This document shows, piece after piece, positions 37,638-48,499 of a stretch of DNA of 64,000 nucleotides. Made by a program: the position numbers and the translations under genes. Each line of letters begins with the position of its first letter. The first letter of the stretch is position 1. The stretch is taken from the NCBI GenBank assembly GCA_963669175.1, contig OY769902.1:2528001-2592000 (forward strand), given 5' to 3'. A model generated the notes under the pieces. The model was not told the DNA's origin. It saw only the letters and a list, made by a program, of their open reading frames with translations, and searched no databases. This DNA comes from a bacterium. GTDB taxonomy: Bacteria > Electryoneota > Electryoneia > Electryoneales > Electryoneaceae.

Positions 37638-39716
37638 TTACTTGACGAGGGTCATCTTCTTCATATCGGTGAAGTTGTTGACCTCGATCGAGTAGTAGTA
37701 GATACCACTGGCCAGACGGGAAGCGTCGAAGACGGCTTCATGTACGCCTGTGCTGAGCTGCTGGTCGACTACGCGCATGACTTCCTGGCCCATGACGTTG
37801 TACACGGTCAGGCGGACATGGCCCGCTTCCTTCAGACCGAACCGTACGGATGTGGTCGGGTTGAAGGGGTTCGGGTAGTTCTGATCCATGAAGTAGGATT
37901 CAGGTACTGCCGCGCTGATTTCGAGGACGTCGTTGGTGCCGGAAATCATGACGGTGATCGGGTTCTGTGCGTTCGGATCGTTGTGATACAGCAACGCACC
38001 ACCACTAAGGTTACCGGCAGCAGTCGGGGCCCACAGGAAAGTCATTTCGTGGGGCAGGGAGTCTGCTTCAACTGCGAACGGGAAGGACTCGTCTACAGAG
38101 ACGACATCCGAAATGGTCGGGGAAATGCGCACGGAGTCAACACGGCCAATGCCTGTACCGTTGTTGATGATCAAGAACTTGGCTTCGCCAACACTGCCGG
38201 GCTCAACACCAAAGAAGGATACTGTGGTTTCCGGGAACTGGAGTTCCGGGGCAACACCACGGCTGATCATGGCGCGCATGCCGCCATTGCCAGATTCACT
38301 CAGGTACAGGGAGCTACCATCATAGGACATGCCAACATTCGGCATATCATAGTTGGAAGCTGCTACTGGCGGTTCGCTATCTACACTGTAGCTGCCGTCA
38401 CCATACATACCCAGCACAAAGCTGCCATCATTGATGCCAATGCCTTCCGGGTAGTCTTCTGAAGTGATTTCAAAGGCATTCCAGCCTTCTACCACGTCAG
38501 TCGTCAGCTCCCAGACTGTGGCATACTGGTTGTCAGCGATAATCCAGACCACCAGCGTGATGTCTTCTGTATCACTGCCGAAGTACCATGTCGCTGAATC
38601 AATCTGTGCAGGATAGGAAGTCGGATAGAAACGTGTACCGTAACCATCTGTGGCGGACATGTTGATGTTCACGTTGAAATCGCCGTCATCGTAAACATAC
38701 CAGTCACCCAGTGCGACGACCTGCTGCAACAGATAGGCAGTATTGTTTTCTGTATCGTTTTCTTCGCCGCCCGCTGCAGTTGCTGTAACGATGTAACGAC
38801 CGGTTGTAGTCGGTGTCCAGGTTTCAGTTGCAGTGACGAGGACCGTATCAGCATTAAGCGCTGCGACAGAAGGCAGATCGGCTGTGGTCGAAAAGACCTC
38901 ATCGCCATTTTCATCGGCAACCGCGAAGGTTACTGTTCCGGCTTCAGAGGCAGTGGTACCCGCATTGCGGAAACGGCCAGTGAAGGTGACGGGGGTATTG
39001 GCATCAAGCTGGAACTGCTGAATGTCGTTGTAGCAAGTCATGCCAACGAGGTCAACAAATGTACCATCGTATGCGCCGAGGGCATGGAAAATGTAGTCGT
39101 AGGGTACTGTACTGCCGAGGTTGGTCGGGCTGTCGTTGAAGCCGGTCTTGCTGCGATCACCGGGGACGGCGCCATCATCATCAATAACGGTTGACCAATC
39201 GGTGTTGGTTTCACCGGGGACGGGGCCAACAACGATCCAGAAATCTTCGCCAATCTCAAAGTCGATATAATCATCTTCGTCGATCAGGCATTCAATCCAT
39301 GCCGGGGGGGTATCCCAGTCGTCGAGAAGAGTGATCGAGTTCGGCGCTTCATTGTCGAGGATGGTCAGCAACAGTTCATCCGGCTGGCCGCCGTCATTGG
39401 AGTATACCTGTACGGTAGTAGCATCAAACTCACCACCACGGGACACGAGGAAACGGAAAGCCTGCAGTGTGAAGTTCGCCGGTGCGGTAAAACGAACGCC
39501 TGAATAAAAATCTGCAGCGTCGCTGTAATAGTAAAACCTGTTGGTAAAGTTATGGTAATAAATGGAATCGTTGAACGTTTCGTCCAAGTTTCCTGATGCG
39601 GGAGTCCAACCCTCAGGGGCGCTCTGCGAGGTAAGCGTCACCTGCTCGGCAAAGGCACCAGAGAAGATGACTGCAACCAACAGTATCCCGATCATTGCGG
39701 TCAAATGCTTATGCAT
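37638..39716 (-). CDS. Secreted protein with Ig-like domains and T9SS-type sorting domain
   Basis: Signal peptide, AGGAG RBS, QNYPNPFNP...LASGIYYY tail. Confidence 0.85.
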   Translation of the reverse strand: MHKHLTAMIGILLVAVIFSGAFAEQVTLTSQSAPEGWTPASGNLDETFNDSIYYHNFTNRFYYYSDAADFYSGVRFTAPANFTLQAFRFLVSRGGEFDATTVQVYSNDGGQPDELLLTILDNEAPNSITLLDDWDTPPAWIECLIDEDDYIDFEIGEDFWIVVGPVPGETNTDWSTVIDDDGAVPGDRSKTGFNDSPTNLGSTVPYDYIFHALGAYDGTFVDLVGMTCYNDIQQFQLDANTPVTFTGRFRNAGTTASEAGTVTFAVADENGDEVFSTTADLPSVAALNADTVLVTATETWTPTTTGRYIVTATAAGGEENDTENNTAYLLQQVVALGDWYVYDDGDFNVNINMSATDGYGTRFYPTSYPAQIDSATWYFGSDTEDITLVVWIIADNQYATVWELTTDVVEGWNAFEITSEDYPEGIGINDGSFVLGMYGDGSYSVDSEPPVAASNYDMPNVGMSYDGSSLYLSESGNGGMRAMISRGVAPELQFPETTVSFFGVEPGSVGEAKFLIINNGTGIGRVDSVRISPTISDVVSVDESFPFAVEADSLPHEMTFLWAPTAAGNLSGGALLYHNDPNAQNPITVMISGTNDVLEISAAVPESYFMDQNYPNPFNPTTSVRFGLKEAGHVRLTVYNVMGQEVMRVVDQQLSTGVHEAVFDASRLASGIYYYSIEVNNFTDMKKMTLVK

Positions 39717-39864
39717 GTGTTTCTCTCCTTACGTAACAAATCCGGCTCACGGATTTTCGCTCCGTAGAGCACTTTTATGTTGGTCGGTCACAAAACAATT
39801 TTCCTCTCTATAGCAGCTCCTCCTGCAGTTTGTTTTTGCTTTTCGTTTATGTTAGCCGAAGTTT

Positions 39865-41148
39865 TTACTCGTGTTTCAATGCCTCCAGAGCAACTTTTAC
39901 CCGTTCGCCTGTCTGACGAATGGTCGCCTGGGTATGAGCCAGGGAAACAAACCAGGCTTCATAACCACTTGGAGGTAAATGAATTCCGCCTTCCAGCATC
40001 TTGCTGAAAAACTGTGCGAACCGCTTATGGTCCGCTTTCATAGCATCATCCATATTATAAACAGGTTTTTCGCTGAAAAACAGGGTCAGCATGGAACCAA
40101 CCCTTTGGATATTAACAGGAATACCTGTAGCATCTGCTGCCTGTACTAATTCTTTTTCCAACAGGGAAGATACTTCCTCCAATGACCGGTAGGAAGCCTT
40201 GTTCAGCATCTGCAATGTTGTCAGCCCGGCAGTCATGGCAAGAGGATTGCCAGAAAGGGTTCCTGCCTGATAGACAGGGCCTTCCGGGGCAATTTTCCCC
40301 ATCAGGTCACGGCTACCGCCATAGGCGCCAACCGGTAATCCTCCACCGATAACTTTGCCAAATGTGGTCAGATCAGCATTAATGCTGAATAGTTCCTGGG
40401 CGCCACCACGCGCCACCCTGAACCCCGTCATAACTTCATCAAATATCAGTAACGCGCCATGGCTTGTACAAAGATCGCGCAATCCCTGCAAAAAACCATC
40501 CTCTGGAGGGACTACACCCATATTGCCCGCGACAGGTTCCACAATAACAGCAGCAACCCTGTCCTTTTCAGTATTCAGGATTGCTTCAACTGATTCAAGA
40601 TCATTGTAAATGGCAACCCTGGTGTCCTGTGCGGCTCCCTTTGTCACGCCCGGACTGTCGGGTAGACCAAGGGTTGCAACTCCAGAGCCGGCCTGTATCA
40701 GGAAACTGTCGCCATGCCCATGATAGCACCCGGCAAACTTGACAAGTACATCCCGGCCTGTAGCTGCACGTGCCAGCCGAACGGCGCTCATGGTCGCTTC
40801 GGTTCCGGAATTGACGAAGCGGATTTTATCTACTGAGTCGACACGGGACACAATTTCTTCTGCAAGTTCGACTTCCAGCGGAGTCGGCGCACCGTAACTT
40901 GTGCCTCGCCGAACGGCCTGTTCAAGCGCTTCGACCACTTCCGGGTGAGCATGCCCCAGGATCATCGGCCCCCAGGAACCGATATAGTCGATATAACTCC
41001 GCCCGTCAGCGTCTGTCAGGGTTGCCCCTTTTGCAGAAGTTATAAAGGGCGGAATACCCCCAACAGCCTTAAATGCTCTTACCGGGGAGTTTACGCCTCC
41101 GGGCAAGATTGTTTGTGCTTTGGCAAAAATGTCTTCTGAGCGGCTCAT
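39865..41148 (-). CDS. hemL: Glutamate-1-semialdehyde 2,1-aminomutase
   Basis: PGGVNSPVRAF, SGTEATMSA, FDEVMTGFR, GKVIGGGLPVGAYGG, AGTLSGNPLA. Confidence 0.98.
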   Translation of the reverse strand: MSRSEDIFAKAQTILPGGVNSPVRAFKAVGGIPPFITSAKGATLTDADGRSYIDYIGSWGPMILGHAHPEVVEALEQAVRRGTSYGAPTPLEVELAEEIVSRVDSVDKIRFVNSGTEATMSAVRLARAATGRDVLVKFAGCYHGHGDSFLIQAGSGVATLGLPDSPGVTKGAAQDTRVAIYNDLESVEAILNTEKDRVAAVIVEPVAGNMGVVPPEDGFLQGLRDLCTSHGALLIFDEVMTGFRVARGGAQELFSINADLTTFGKVIGGGLPVGAYGGSRDLMGKIAPEGPVYQAGTLSGNPLAMTAGLTTLQMLNKASYRSLEEVSSLLEKELVQAADATGIPVNIQRVGSMLTLFFSEKPVYNMDDAMKADHKRFAQFFSKMLEGGIHLPPSGYEAWFVSLAHTQATIRQTGERVKVALEALKHE

Positions 41149-41175
41149 GTCAATCCTGTTTCACAATACTGGTAA

Positions 41176-42159
41176 TCAAGCGCCCTTCCCATTCAACAAC
41201 AGGGCGGCTTCCTTTGCATGATATGATATGATAAAATCAGCCCCAGCGCGTTTAAAGGCAACCAGGGTTTCCATGATCATCTTTTCCCGGTCAATCCAGC
41301 CCTTTGCCGCGGCAGCCTCGAGCATGGAATATTCACCGGACACATGATATGTCCCTGTTGGTCTGCCAAAACGGTGCTTGACCCTGTAAAGTACATCGAG
41401 ATAGGGCAAGCCCGGTTTGACCAGGAGCATATCTGCTCCCTCGAGAATGTCCAGCTCGGCCTCACGTATGGCCTCTTCCGCATTTGAAGGATCCATCTGG
41501 TATGCTTTCCGGTCACCGAACTGTGGGGCCGAATCTGCTGCATCCCGGAACGGTCCGTAAAAAGCAGACGCATATTTGACCGCATAGCTTAATATAATTG
41601 TATCTGTGAATCCGGATTTGTCCAGTTCTGCACGAATCTGACCGACTCTGCCATCCATCATATCGGATGGCGCAACGATATCTGCTCCGGCTTCAGCATG
41701 GCTCAAGGCTGTTTTTGCCAGAAGTGCAAGCGTGGGGTCATTGGCAACGCCTTTCTGTGATAATACTCCACAATGCCCGTGACTGGTGTATTCGCAAAGA
41801 CACACGTCTGTGATAACTAACAGCTCAGGTACTGCCTGCTTGATATTGCGGACCGCCTGCTGCACAACACCGTCTTCAATCCAGGCGCCGGATCCTTCTG
41901 CATCCTTGTATCCCGGAATACCGAACAGGATTATCGCGGGAACACCTGCATCATAAATTCGAGCAGCCTCTTCCGCCACACGTTCTACCGGCCAATGATA
42001 CTGGCCGGGCATAGATGAAATCTCTTTCGCGATTCCATCGCCTTCAACCACAAACAGGGGTTGAATCAGGTCCTCTGCAACAACCCGGTTTTCCTGCACC
42101 AGACTTCGAATTTCTTTTGTTGTCCGCAACCGGCGCGGACGATGGATGGGAAAAGACAT
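41176..42159 (-). CDS. hemB: Porphobilinogen synthase (Zn-type)
   Basis: [40 protein letters not shown]. Confidence 0.98.
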   Translation of the reverse strand: MSFPIHRPRRLRTTKEIRSLVQENRVVAEDLIQPLFVVEGDGIAKEISSMPGQYHWPVERVAEEAARIYDAGVPAIILFGIPGYKDAEGSGAWIEDGVVQQAVRNIKQAVPELLVITDVCLCEYTSHGHCGVLSQKGVANDPTLALLAKTALSHAEAGADIVAPSDMMDGRVGQIRAELDKSGFTDTIILSYAVKYASAFYGPFRDAADSAPQFGDRKAYQMDPSNAEEAIREAELDILEGADMLLVKPGLPYLDVLYRVKHRFGRPTGTYHVSGEYSMLEAAAAKGWIDREKMIMETLVAFKRAGADFIISYHAKEAALLLNGKGA

Positions 42160-42450
42160 ACGCCCCCCTTAGGCTCCATCTCAAGGGAAAACTGCGCAAA
42201 CAATGAGCCAACAAGTCTTTGCTGTCACCAACTTTGTTAGTCTTTGACGGATGGAAGATAATAAGATTTGAAAGCTTATGCCCGAATTTAGAAGAAAACC
42301 GCTCCGGGTATATCATTCGCTATATAAGCTATTTATCGTAAAGGAGGAGAAAAAATGCTCTCTTTTGCTGCATCTGTAACGTATCGATGCTTCACTTCGC
42401 TACCTTCAAAATGCCGCAAAGCCCCGTGTTCTCTTGAAGAGAGCCACATG

Positions 42451-42477
42451 TGTAACCGAAACCACCTTCACATGTCT
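42451..42477 (+). promoter_or_regulatory. Candidate autoregulatory ECF promoter
   Basis: TGTAAC-N16-TGTCT ~30 nt before the sigma start. Resembles the ECF -35 AAC / -10 GTC pattern; motif match only. Confidence 0.4.
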
Positions 42478-42505
42478 CAGAAGTGAAGGGGCAAGGAGAC
42501 GGAAT

Positions 42506-43048
42506 GTGAGAACGAAGGGAGAAATTCGCGAGATGTGGAAAACAGCATATGAAGAGCATGGTCCGGCAGTGCTTGCCTTCCTTCATAGTCGTCTGGGAGA
42601 TCCACATGACGCGGAAGATCTGTTGCAGGAGACTTTTGTTCGAGCAATCCAGGCTGCCGAACCACTTCGTGATCTGGGAAAGACCAGGTCGTACTTGTTC
42701 AGTATCGCGCACAATACGATGGTAAATCATGTTCGCAAGAAGCGTGAAGTCTTATTGCCTGCAGGAACTGGAGCAGATGAGCAGGGATTGGAAGCGTTTC
42801 TGGACATGAATGCAGTAAATCCGGAAGATATTGCAAGCTATTCGGAATTAAAGGATAAACTGGAAGTGGTGATGAATGACATGTCAGACGCGCATCGGAA
42901 GGCCTTCGAGCAGGGTGTGCTGATGCAAAAGCCTTACAGGGACATTGCCCGGAGCACAGGCTGGAGCCTTTCTCAGGTCAAGATAAACGTATACCGGGCA
43001 AGGAAGCAGGCGATTGCTGCCTTGTCCGAGGAGTGGAAAGATGAGTGA
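42506..43048 (+). CDS. ECF-type RNA polymerase sigma-70 factor
   Basis: DAEDLLQETF, YLFSIAHN, region 4 YRDIA...SQVKINVYRARK. AGGAG then GTG at 42506. Confidence 0.92.
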   Translation: MRTKGEIREMWKTAYEEHGPAVLAFLHSRLGDPHDAEDLLQETFVRAIQAAEPLRDLGKTRSYLFSIAHNTMVNHVRKKREVLLPAGTGADEQGLEAFLDMNAVNPEDIASYSELKDKLEVVMNDMSDAHRKAFEQGVLMQKPYRDIARSTGWSLSQVKINVYRARKQAIAALSEEWKDE

Positions 43049-43709
43049 TTCACATCTTCTTAACGATATGACAGACGAGCTTTGTGAAGCGAATCTGTCT
43101 GCGATGATTGACGGGGAATTGGAACCGGAATCACTTCTGGCAACATTGGACCACATGGTTGCGAACAAGTCCTGCCGGGAGTTTTACCGCGATGCTCGTC
43201 AACTGCAGGATCGCTATGGGGCCGGTCATTTCCCCATACCCGTAAAGGAAGCTTCGTTACCGGAAAACGGCTGGCACAAGATCGAGCAGAAAAGCCTCGA
43301 TCCGGGCGCCAGGATACTGCAGTTGTTTACCCGAACACAGGTATGGGCGACTGCGGCAGCTATCCTTCTGGTTCTGGGGCTTTGGGGAGGTGGAATCATG
43401 GAATTTCACCGGCCGGTCCTGAGTAGCAAGCCTACAGAAATCACGCTCGGTGAAGACGAAGGACGTATGAGTGAACAGCGTTTTGTCGAGCTGACTTCCG
43501 AACTGCTTCGTTCGGATCGTCGTTATCGCAGGAAGATGATGGAAGTCCTGGAAGAAGTTGACCGCGTTTCCTATACCTCAGAGGGTACACCTGAAGGGGG
43601 CAGCAAGGATCGTTCTGTTTCCGGTCAACGAGGGAACAATGAGCTGCCCGGAAACTCACAGCGACGAAACTCGGGTGGATTGATGGAGCCTGTCATTCGT
43701 CTCTGGTAA
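43041..43709 (+). CDS. Transmembrane anti-sigma factor (zf-HC2-like N-terminus)
   Basis: C..LSAMIDGEL...HMVANKSC, one TM (WATAAAILLVLGL), overlaps the sigma stop codon. Confidence 0.8.
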   Translation: MSDSHLLNDMTDELCEANLSAMIDGELEPESLLATLDHMVANKSCREFYRDARQLQDRYGAGHFPIPVKEASLPENGWHKIEQKSLDPGARILQLFTRTQVWATAAAILLVLGLWGGGIMEFHRPVLSSKPTEITLGEDEGRMSEQRFVELTSELLRSDRRYRRKMMEVLEEVDRVSYTSEGTPEGGSKDRSVSGQRGNNELPGNSQRRNSGGLMEPVIRLW

Positions 43710-43750
43710 TCAGTAAAAAAAGAAGCCGTTTCAAGATAGAGGAGTAAACC

Positions 43751-45361
43751 ATGAACGTGGACGGTAAACGCTTGATGATTCTGCCCGGATTGATAGTCGC
43801 AATCCTGTTGATTGTCGCATTTTCAACATTTGCGGCGGACAATGAAGGATTCATCTATGGGAAGGTCACGACAATAAATAAAAATGAGTATCGTGGCCTG
43901 ATCCGATGGGGAGATGAAGAAGCATTCTGGGATGATCTTTTCAACTCAGCAAAAGTGGATTTCGGCGATTCAGATCACTGGGATGATTATGAAGAAGCGT
44001 TGAAAGAATACCAGGAAGAGGCGCTTGAAGAGGCGCAGGAAGCCCTGGAAGAATCGCTTGATGAGATGAGTGAAGAAGCAGATGAAATGGATGAAGAAGC
44101 GGATGAAATGGAAGAAGAAGCCGAGGATATGGAAGAGGAGCTTGACGATCTCAGGGAGGACCTTGATAATCTGAGGTTGCGTGAACGTGAAATCCGTGAG
44201 GTGCGACGTCAGGCCGAGCATATCAGGAAACAGGCTGACAGGATGAGGAAGGAAATCGAGAGAAAGCGTGAGCGTGGGGTTCAGAGCGTGGAGCATAGTG
44301 TTGTCAGCACCCGTGGCACCCACACAACTTATCTACGTGTTAATCGCGACGATTTCTCGATACCGGTGTTACCGCATGTTGTATTTGACCAGGATTTCAA
44401 CCTGTCAATCAACACATGGGGCGGAACACGGCAGTTCATGGTCCGGTTTGGTGATATCAAGAAGATCGATGTGACCGGGGAAGAAGATGCCTATGTGACC
44501 ATGAGAAATGGAGAATCGTTTGAAGTCAGCGGCTATGCCAATGATGTTGGCGGGAAACTTCTGATCAACGATCCGGCTTTTGGTGAAATCACAGTACCCT
44601 GGGACAACATCAAGACGATTGAATTCATGGATACCCCATCATCAGCCAAAACGACAGCGACCCGGATACACGGTGTCATGCAGACAGAGGCCGGTGAGTT
44701 TCGTGGCTATATACAGTGGGACAGCCAGGAATGCCTGACCACTGACGAATTGGATGGTGAATCAGAAGATGGCGACCTGTCCATAAAATTCGGTGCGATC
44801 AAAAGCATCTCACGTCGCAATCGAAGAGGGGCTGAGGTTGAGCTGAAGGATGGCAGAAGCATCGTTCTTGAAGGGACAAACGATGTAAATGAAAGCAATC
44901 GTGGTATTTACGTAGAGGATGAACGCTACGGGCGTGTACGGGTTCCCTGGGATATCTTTGACACTGTGGTTTTCGATGATAAAGGTAGCAGCGGTAGAAG
45001 CTACAAATGGTACGATAAGCAGAAATCAATCAATGGTAAGGTGAAAACAACCGATGGTCTGGAATTTGAAGGCCGCATCATTTACGACATGGATGAAAGT
45101 GGCAGCTTTGAAATTCTGAACGGGAAACGATTTGATGTGGAATACTTCATTCCTTTCGATCTGATACAAACGATCACGCCTCGCAGCCGGAACAGTAGCG
45201 AGGTGGTTCTCGCCAATGGTGATAAACTGCGCCTCTATGATCAACAGGATGTTGGTGATTCAAACGACGGTATCCTGATTTATCCCAAAGGCAGCACTGA
45301 CGATAAAGATGCCCATTTTGTCCCTTGGGGAAGTATTGAAGTCATTGAGTTGACCTGGTAA
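43751..45361 (+). CDS. Exported protein with three internal repeats and an acidic coiled-coil insert
   Basis: Signal peptide; three G.V.T..G..F.G.I.W/YD repeats; GAGGAG RBS. Confidence 0.8.
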   Translation: MNVDGKRLMILPGLIVAILLIVAFSTFAADNEGFIYGKVTTINKNEYRGLIRWGDEEAFWDDLFNSAKVDFGDSDHWDDYEEALKEYQEEALEEAQEALEESLDEMSEEADEMDEEADEMEEEAEDMEEELDDLREDLDNLRLREREIREVRRQAEHIRKQADRMRKEIERKRERGVQSVEHSVVSTRGTHTTYLRVNRDDFSIPVLPHVVFDQDFNLSINTWGGTRQFMVRFGDIKKIDVTGEEDAYVTMRNGESFEVSGYANDVGGKLLINDPAFGEITVPWDNIKTIEFMDTPSSAKTTATRIHGVMQTEAGEFRGYIQWDSQECLTTDELDGESEDGDLSIKFGAIKSISRRNRRGAEVELKDGRSIVLEGTNDVNESNRGIYVEDERYGRVRVPWDIFDTVVFDDKGSSGRSYKWYDKQKSINGKVKTTDGLEFEGRIIYDMDESGSFEILNGKRFDVEYFIPFDLIQTITPRSRNSSEVVLANGDKLRLYDQQDVGDSNDGILIYPKGSTDDKDAHFVPWGSIEVIELTW

Positions 45362-45428
45362 CAAAACACGTTTTTACAAGATACGGCAAGACTGATTTCC
45401 CTTTCCCTCCATCCGGGGCAGATCGGTC

Positions 45429-45466
45429 AGGCAGTCGGGTTGGGCAGGCCCGACTGCCTTATTTTT
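45429..45466 (+). terminator. Intrinsic terminator of the ECF operon
   Basis: AGGCAGTCGGG-N9-CCCGACTGCCT then TATTTTT. Confidence 0.8.
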
Positions 45467-45627
45467 GTCCTTTTTATCCATGTATCTCAAGCCAGTTTCC
45501 TTGCTGTGGCTCCCATAAAGTGCGATATTGCCAATGGGTCGATTCATATGAATTGATGCTCTGAGGTTTTTATTCTCCATTTCAAATAGCCGACCCTATT
45601 CATCGGCTGGAAGGAGAAAGGGGGGAC

Positions 45628-46605
45628 ATGCGCCGCGTATTGTTGTGTATCTCTGGTTTGTTTCTGCTTGCAGCATTTGCATTCACTCAACCGCTTCCTC
45701 AAGTCACCATCATGCTGCAATGGTCACCGCAAAGCCAATTCGCAGGATACTACGTCGCGTTTGATAAAGGGTTTTATCGCGATCATGGTATTGACTTACA
45801 GGTTCTTCGTGGCGGTCCGGATCGTTCGCCTACCCAGGCCTTGTTAAACGGTGAAGTTGACTTTGCGACCATGTTTCTGTCACGTGGTCTGGATCTGCGT
45901 GACCAGGGGGTACAGGTTGTCAATATTTGTCAGTTGCTGAACCAGAGCACGGTGATGATCGTGGGCAGCGCTACTCGCGGAATCAACACGATCGAAGATC
46001 TTGATGGGTGTACGATCAGCCTGTGGGATGGGGAATTCAATATTCCGTACAGGGCATTCTTTAAAACACATGATCTTACTTACAACCGGGTACCACAGTA
46101 CTATTCAGTAAACCTCTTCTTGCGTGGTGGTGTAGATGCCTGCGCGGCGATGCACTACAACGAATATCATATGATTTACCAGGCTGGTGTTGATTTTGAT
46201 GAGCTGACACCGATCATGTTGCGTGATTATGGCGTCAACCTGCCTGAAGACGGAATCTATTGTCTTGCGCCGGTGTATGAAGCCAACCAGGAAATGTGCC
46301 GGGCTGTCGCCGAGGCTTCACTGGAGGGGTGGGCCTATGCCAGAGATCACCAGGATGAAGCGCTTGATATTGTGATGAAATATGTCAATGAAGCTTATGT
46401 TCCCACCAACCGCGCTCACATGAGATGGATGCTGACCATTGTACTTGATGCCATTTTCCCGCAAGGTGAACAGGATTGGACGATTGGCGTACTGTCGGAA
46501 GAGCAGTACAGGAATTCGGTTAACCTGATGCAATCCCTGGATTTAATTCACTCGTCAGCGCCTTATGCGGAGTTTTTCAGGGGAGGGCAACCCAATGCTG
46601 AATAA
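45628..46605 (+). CDS. NMT1/THI5-family substrate-binding protein
   Basis: LQWSPQSQFAGYYVA.DKGFY...GID; signal peptide. Confidence 0.88.
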   Translation: MRRVLLCISGLFLLAAFAFTQPLPQVTIMLQWSPQSQFAGYYVAFDKGFYRDHGIDLQVLRGGPDRSPTQALLNGEVDFATMFLSRGLDLRDQGVQVVNICQLLNQSTVMIVGSATRGINTIEDLDGCTISLWDGEFNIPYRAFFKTHDLTYNRVPQYYSVNLFLRGGVDACAAMHYNEYHMIYQAGVDFDELTPIMLRDYGVNLPEDGIYCLAPVYEANQEMCRAVAEASLEGWAYARDHQDEALDIVMKYVNEAYVPTNRAHMRWMLTIVLDAIFPQGEQDWTIGVLSEEQYRNSVNLMQSLDLIHSSAPYAEFFRGGQPNAE

Positions 46606-48499
46606 ACTTCCTCTTGCATGGCGACTTAGCTTGATGGTGTTGGTTTCCGCCGGTCTAATCATGGGTATTATTGTCGGCTACCTGTATTTTCAGGCGGAAC
46701 GTCTGTTAGTCCTTGAACTTGAGGACAAAGCGGACTATATGGCGGTAGCAACGGCCAACAGGATAGAAACGGTTGAACGTGCTGTATCTAAAGTCGCCCT
46801 AGAATTGGCTGCTTTATTGAAGGATGTTCCACCTACGAAAAAAACCCTCTATACCTTCCTTGAAAGCACGGTTTATTCGCATGATGAGATCTTCGGCGGC
46901 GCCATTGCAATGGACCCGGAAGATTTACCACGTGATCCCAGTTACAGGGCTCCGTATGTTTGCCGATCAGGGGATACCCTGGTTGCTTTTGACCTTGGCG
47001 AAGGGGATTATCATTACGAGGTCTGGGAGTGGTATACCATACCGGTTCAGTTGGATAGCGCTGTCTGGAGTGAACCCTATTTTGATACCGGCGGCGGAAA
47101 TGCCCTGATGGTAACCCATTCCGTGCCGTTCTACAGTCCGGGCAAAGAAGGTGATATGCTCGGGGTTGTAACTTCGGATGTCTTGCTGGAAACGCTGACC
47201 AGCGACCTGGATGAACTGCAACTGGGTGAATCCAGCTACGCTTTCCTGTTAACCCAGAACGGCACATTTGTAACGCATCCGAACAAAGATTTTGTGATGC
47301 GAGAAACTATTTTCAGCGTTGCGGAAGCACGGGGCGATGAACAACTGCGCCAACTTGGGCAACGCATGCTAAAGAATGAAAGCGCGTTTGTACCGTACAC
47401 CTGTCTGTATGATGAAAAGCCAGGTTGGCTGGTCTATGTTCCTATTGAAAACACAGGCTGGACATTGGGAGTATTCTTCCCTGAAGAGCTTCTAATGGCA
47501 AAGGTCTGGGAGCTGTCCCGCTGGGTGCTGATATTTGGCGCAATTGGTTTCGCTTTGCTTCTGGTTGTTGTTTTGTTTATCGCACGATCAATAACCGGCC
47601 CAATTGCTGCCCTGAACGACGCAACTGAAATCCTGGCCGCAGGACAACTTGATGCACCTCTACCTGAGATCAAGGGTGAAGATGAAGTCGCACGGCTGGC
47701 ATCATCGTTCATCAAGATGCGTGATGATCTGAAGATCTACATCGAGGAGAGTGTTGAGAAGCGCAAGATGGAAGAGCAGCTTGCGCTGGCGCGTCAGATT
47801 CAAGAGGGTTTCCTGCCGCAACAGCTTCCGGAAACACCGGGTATCGGGGTGCATGGGTACTGCGAATTCTGTCTTGAGGCTGCGGGCGACTACTATGATG
47901 TGATCGCCTGGGAAAATAAAAAAACCATTCTGGCTATCGGGGATGTGTCCGGGAAAGGCGCCGGCGCTGCATTATTAATGGCTAACTTGCAGGCATCGTT
48001 ACGTACTTCGCTGCCCCAGATGAATGAGCTGGACAAGGTGGTTTTCAACATCAACAACCTGATCGATACCAATACTCCTTCAGGCCAGTTTATCACGTTC
48101 TTCGTCGCTGTTTACGATCCGGAAACTCGTAAGCTGATCTACGTAAACGCCGGTCATAATCCACCTTTACTCTTCCGAAATGATGGCAAGACCATCGAAG
48201 AACTGGGCGAGGGGGGCGGCCTGTTCCTGGGTGGGATGCCGGATATGCCGTATGAGGCAATAGAAGTTCAACTGGAAAAAGATGATGTGTTGTTCATGTT
48301 TACCGATGGGGTTACGGAAGCCTTCAACAAGAACCAGGAAGAGTTCACGGAAGAGGGCGTGAAGGCGCACATTTCAGCCTTCCGGGATAAACCGTTGAAG
48401 AATATCCTGACCAGCCTGCGTGAACATGTGGTGCGTTTCCAGGGACATGACCGTTTCGAGGATGATTTCACCATGTTGATTGTGCGGGTGATTGAATGA
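46595..48499 (+). CDS. Cache-HAMP-PP2C (SpoIIE/RsbU-like) sensor phosphatase
   Basis: TM, Cache domain (WSEPYFD), TM, HAMP (DEVARLA), GDYYD, IGDVSGKG, NAGHNPP, FTDGVTEA, DDFT. Confidence 0.92.
   Translation: MLNKLPLAWRLSLMVLVSAGLIMGIIVGYLYFQAERLLVLELEDKADYMAVATANRIETVERAVSKVALELAALLKDVPPTKKTLYTFLESTVYSHDEIFGGAIAMDPEDLPRDPSYRAPYVCRSGDTLVAFDLGEGDYHYEVWEWYTIPVQLDSAVWSEPYFDTGGGNALMVTHSVPFYSPGKEGDMLGVVTSDVLLETLTSDLDELQLGESSYAFLLTQNGTFVTHPNKDFVMRETIFSVAEARGDEQLRQLGQRMLKNESAFVPYTCLYDEKPGWLVYVPIENTGWTLGVFFPEELLMAKVWELSRWVLIFGAIGFALLLVVVLFIARSITGPIAALNDATEILAAGQLDAPLPEIKGEDEVARLASSFIKMRDDLKIYIEESVEKRKMEEQLALARQIQEGFLPQQLPETPGIGVHGYCEFCLEAAGDYYDVIAWENKKTILAIGDVSGKGAGAALLMANLQASLRTSLPQMNELDKVVFNINNLIDTNTPSGQFITFFVAVYDPETRKLIYVNAGHNPPLLFRNDGKTIEELGEGGGLFLGGMPDMPYEAIEVQLEKDDVLFMFTDGVTEAFNKNQEEFTEEGVKAHISAFRDKPLKNILTSLREHVVRFQGHDRFEDDFTMLIVRVIE

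Noticed and set aside
42160-42440. Riboswitch upstream of hemB
   Set aside because: No recognisable aptamer consensus or terminator by eye.
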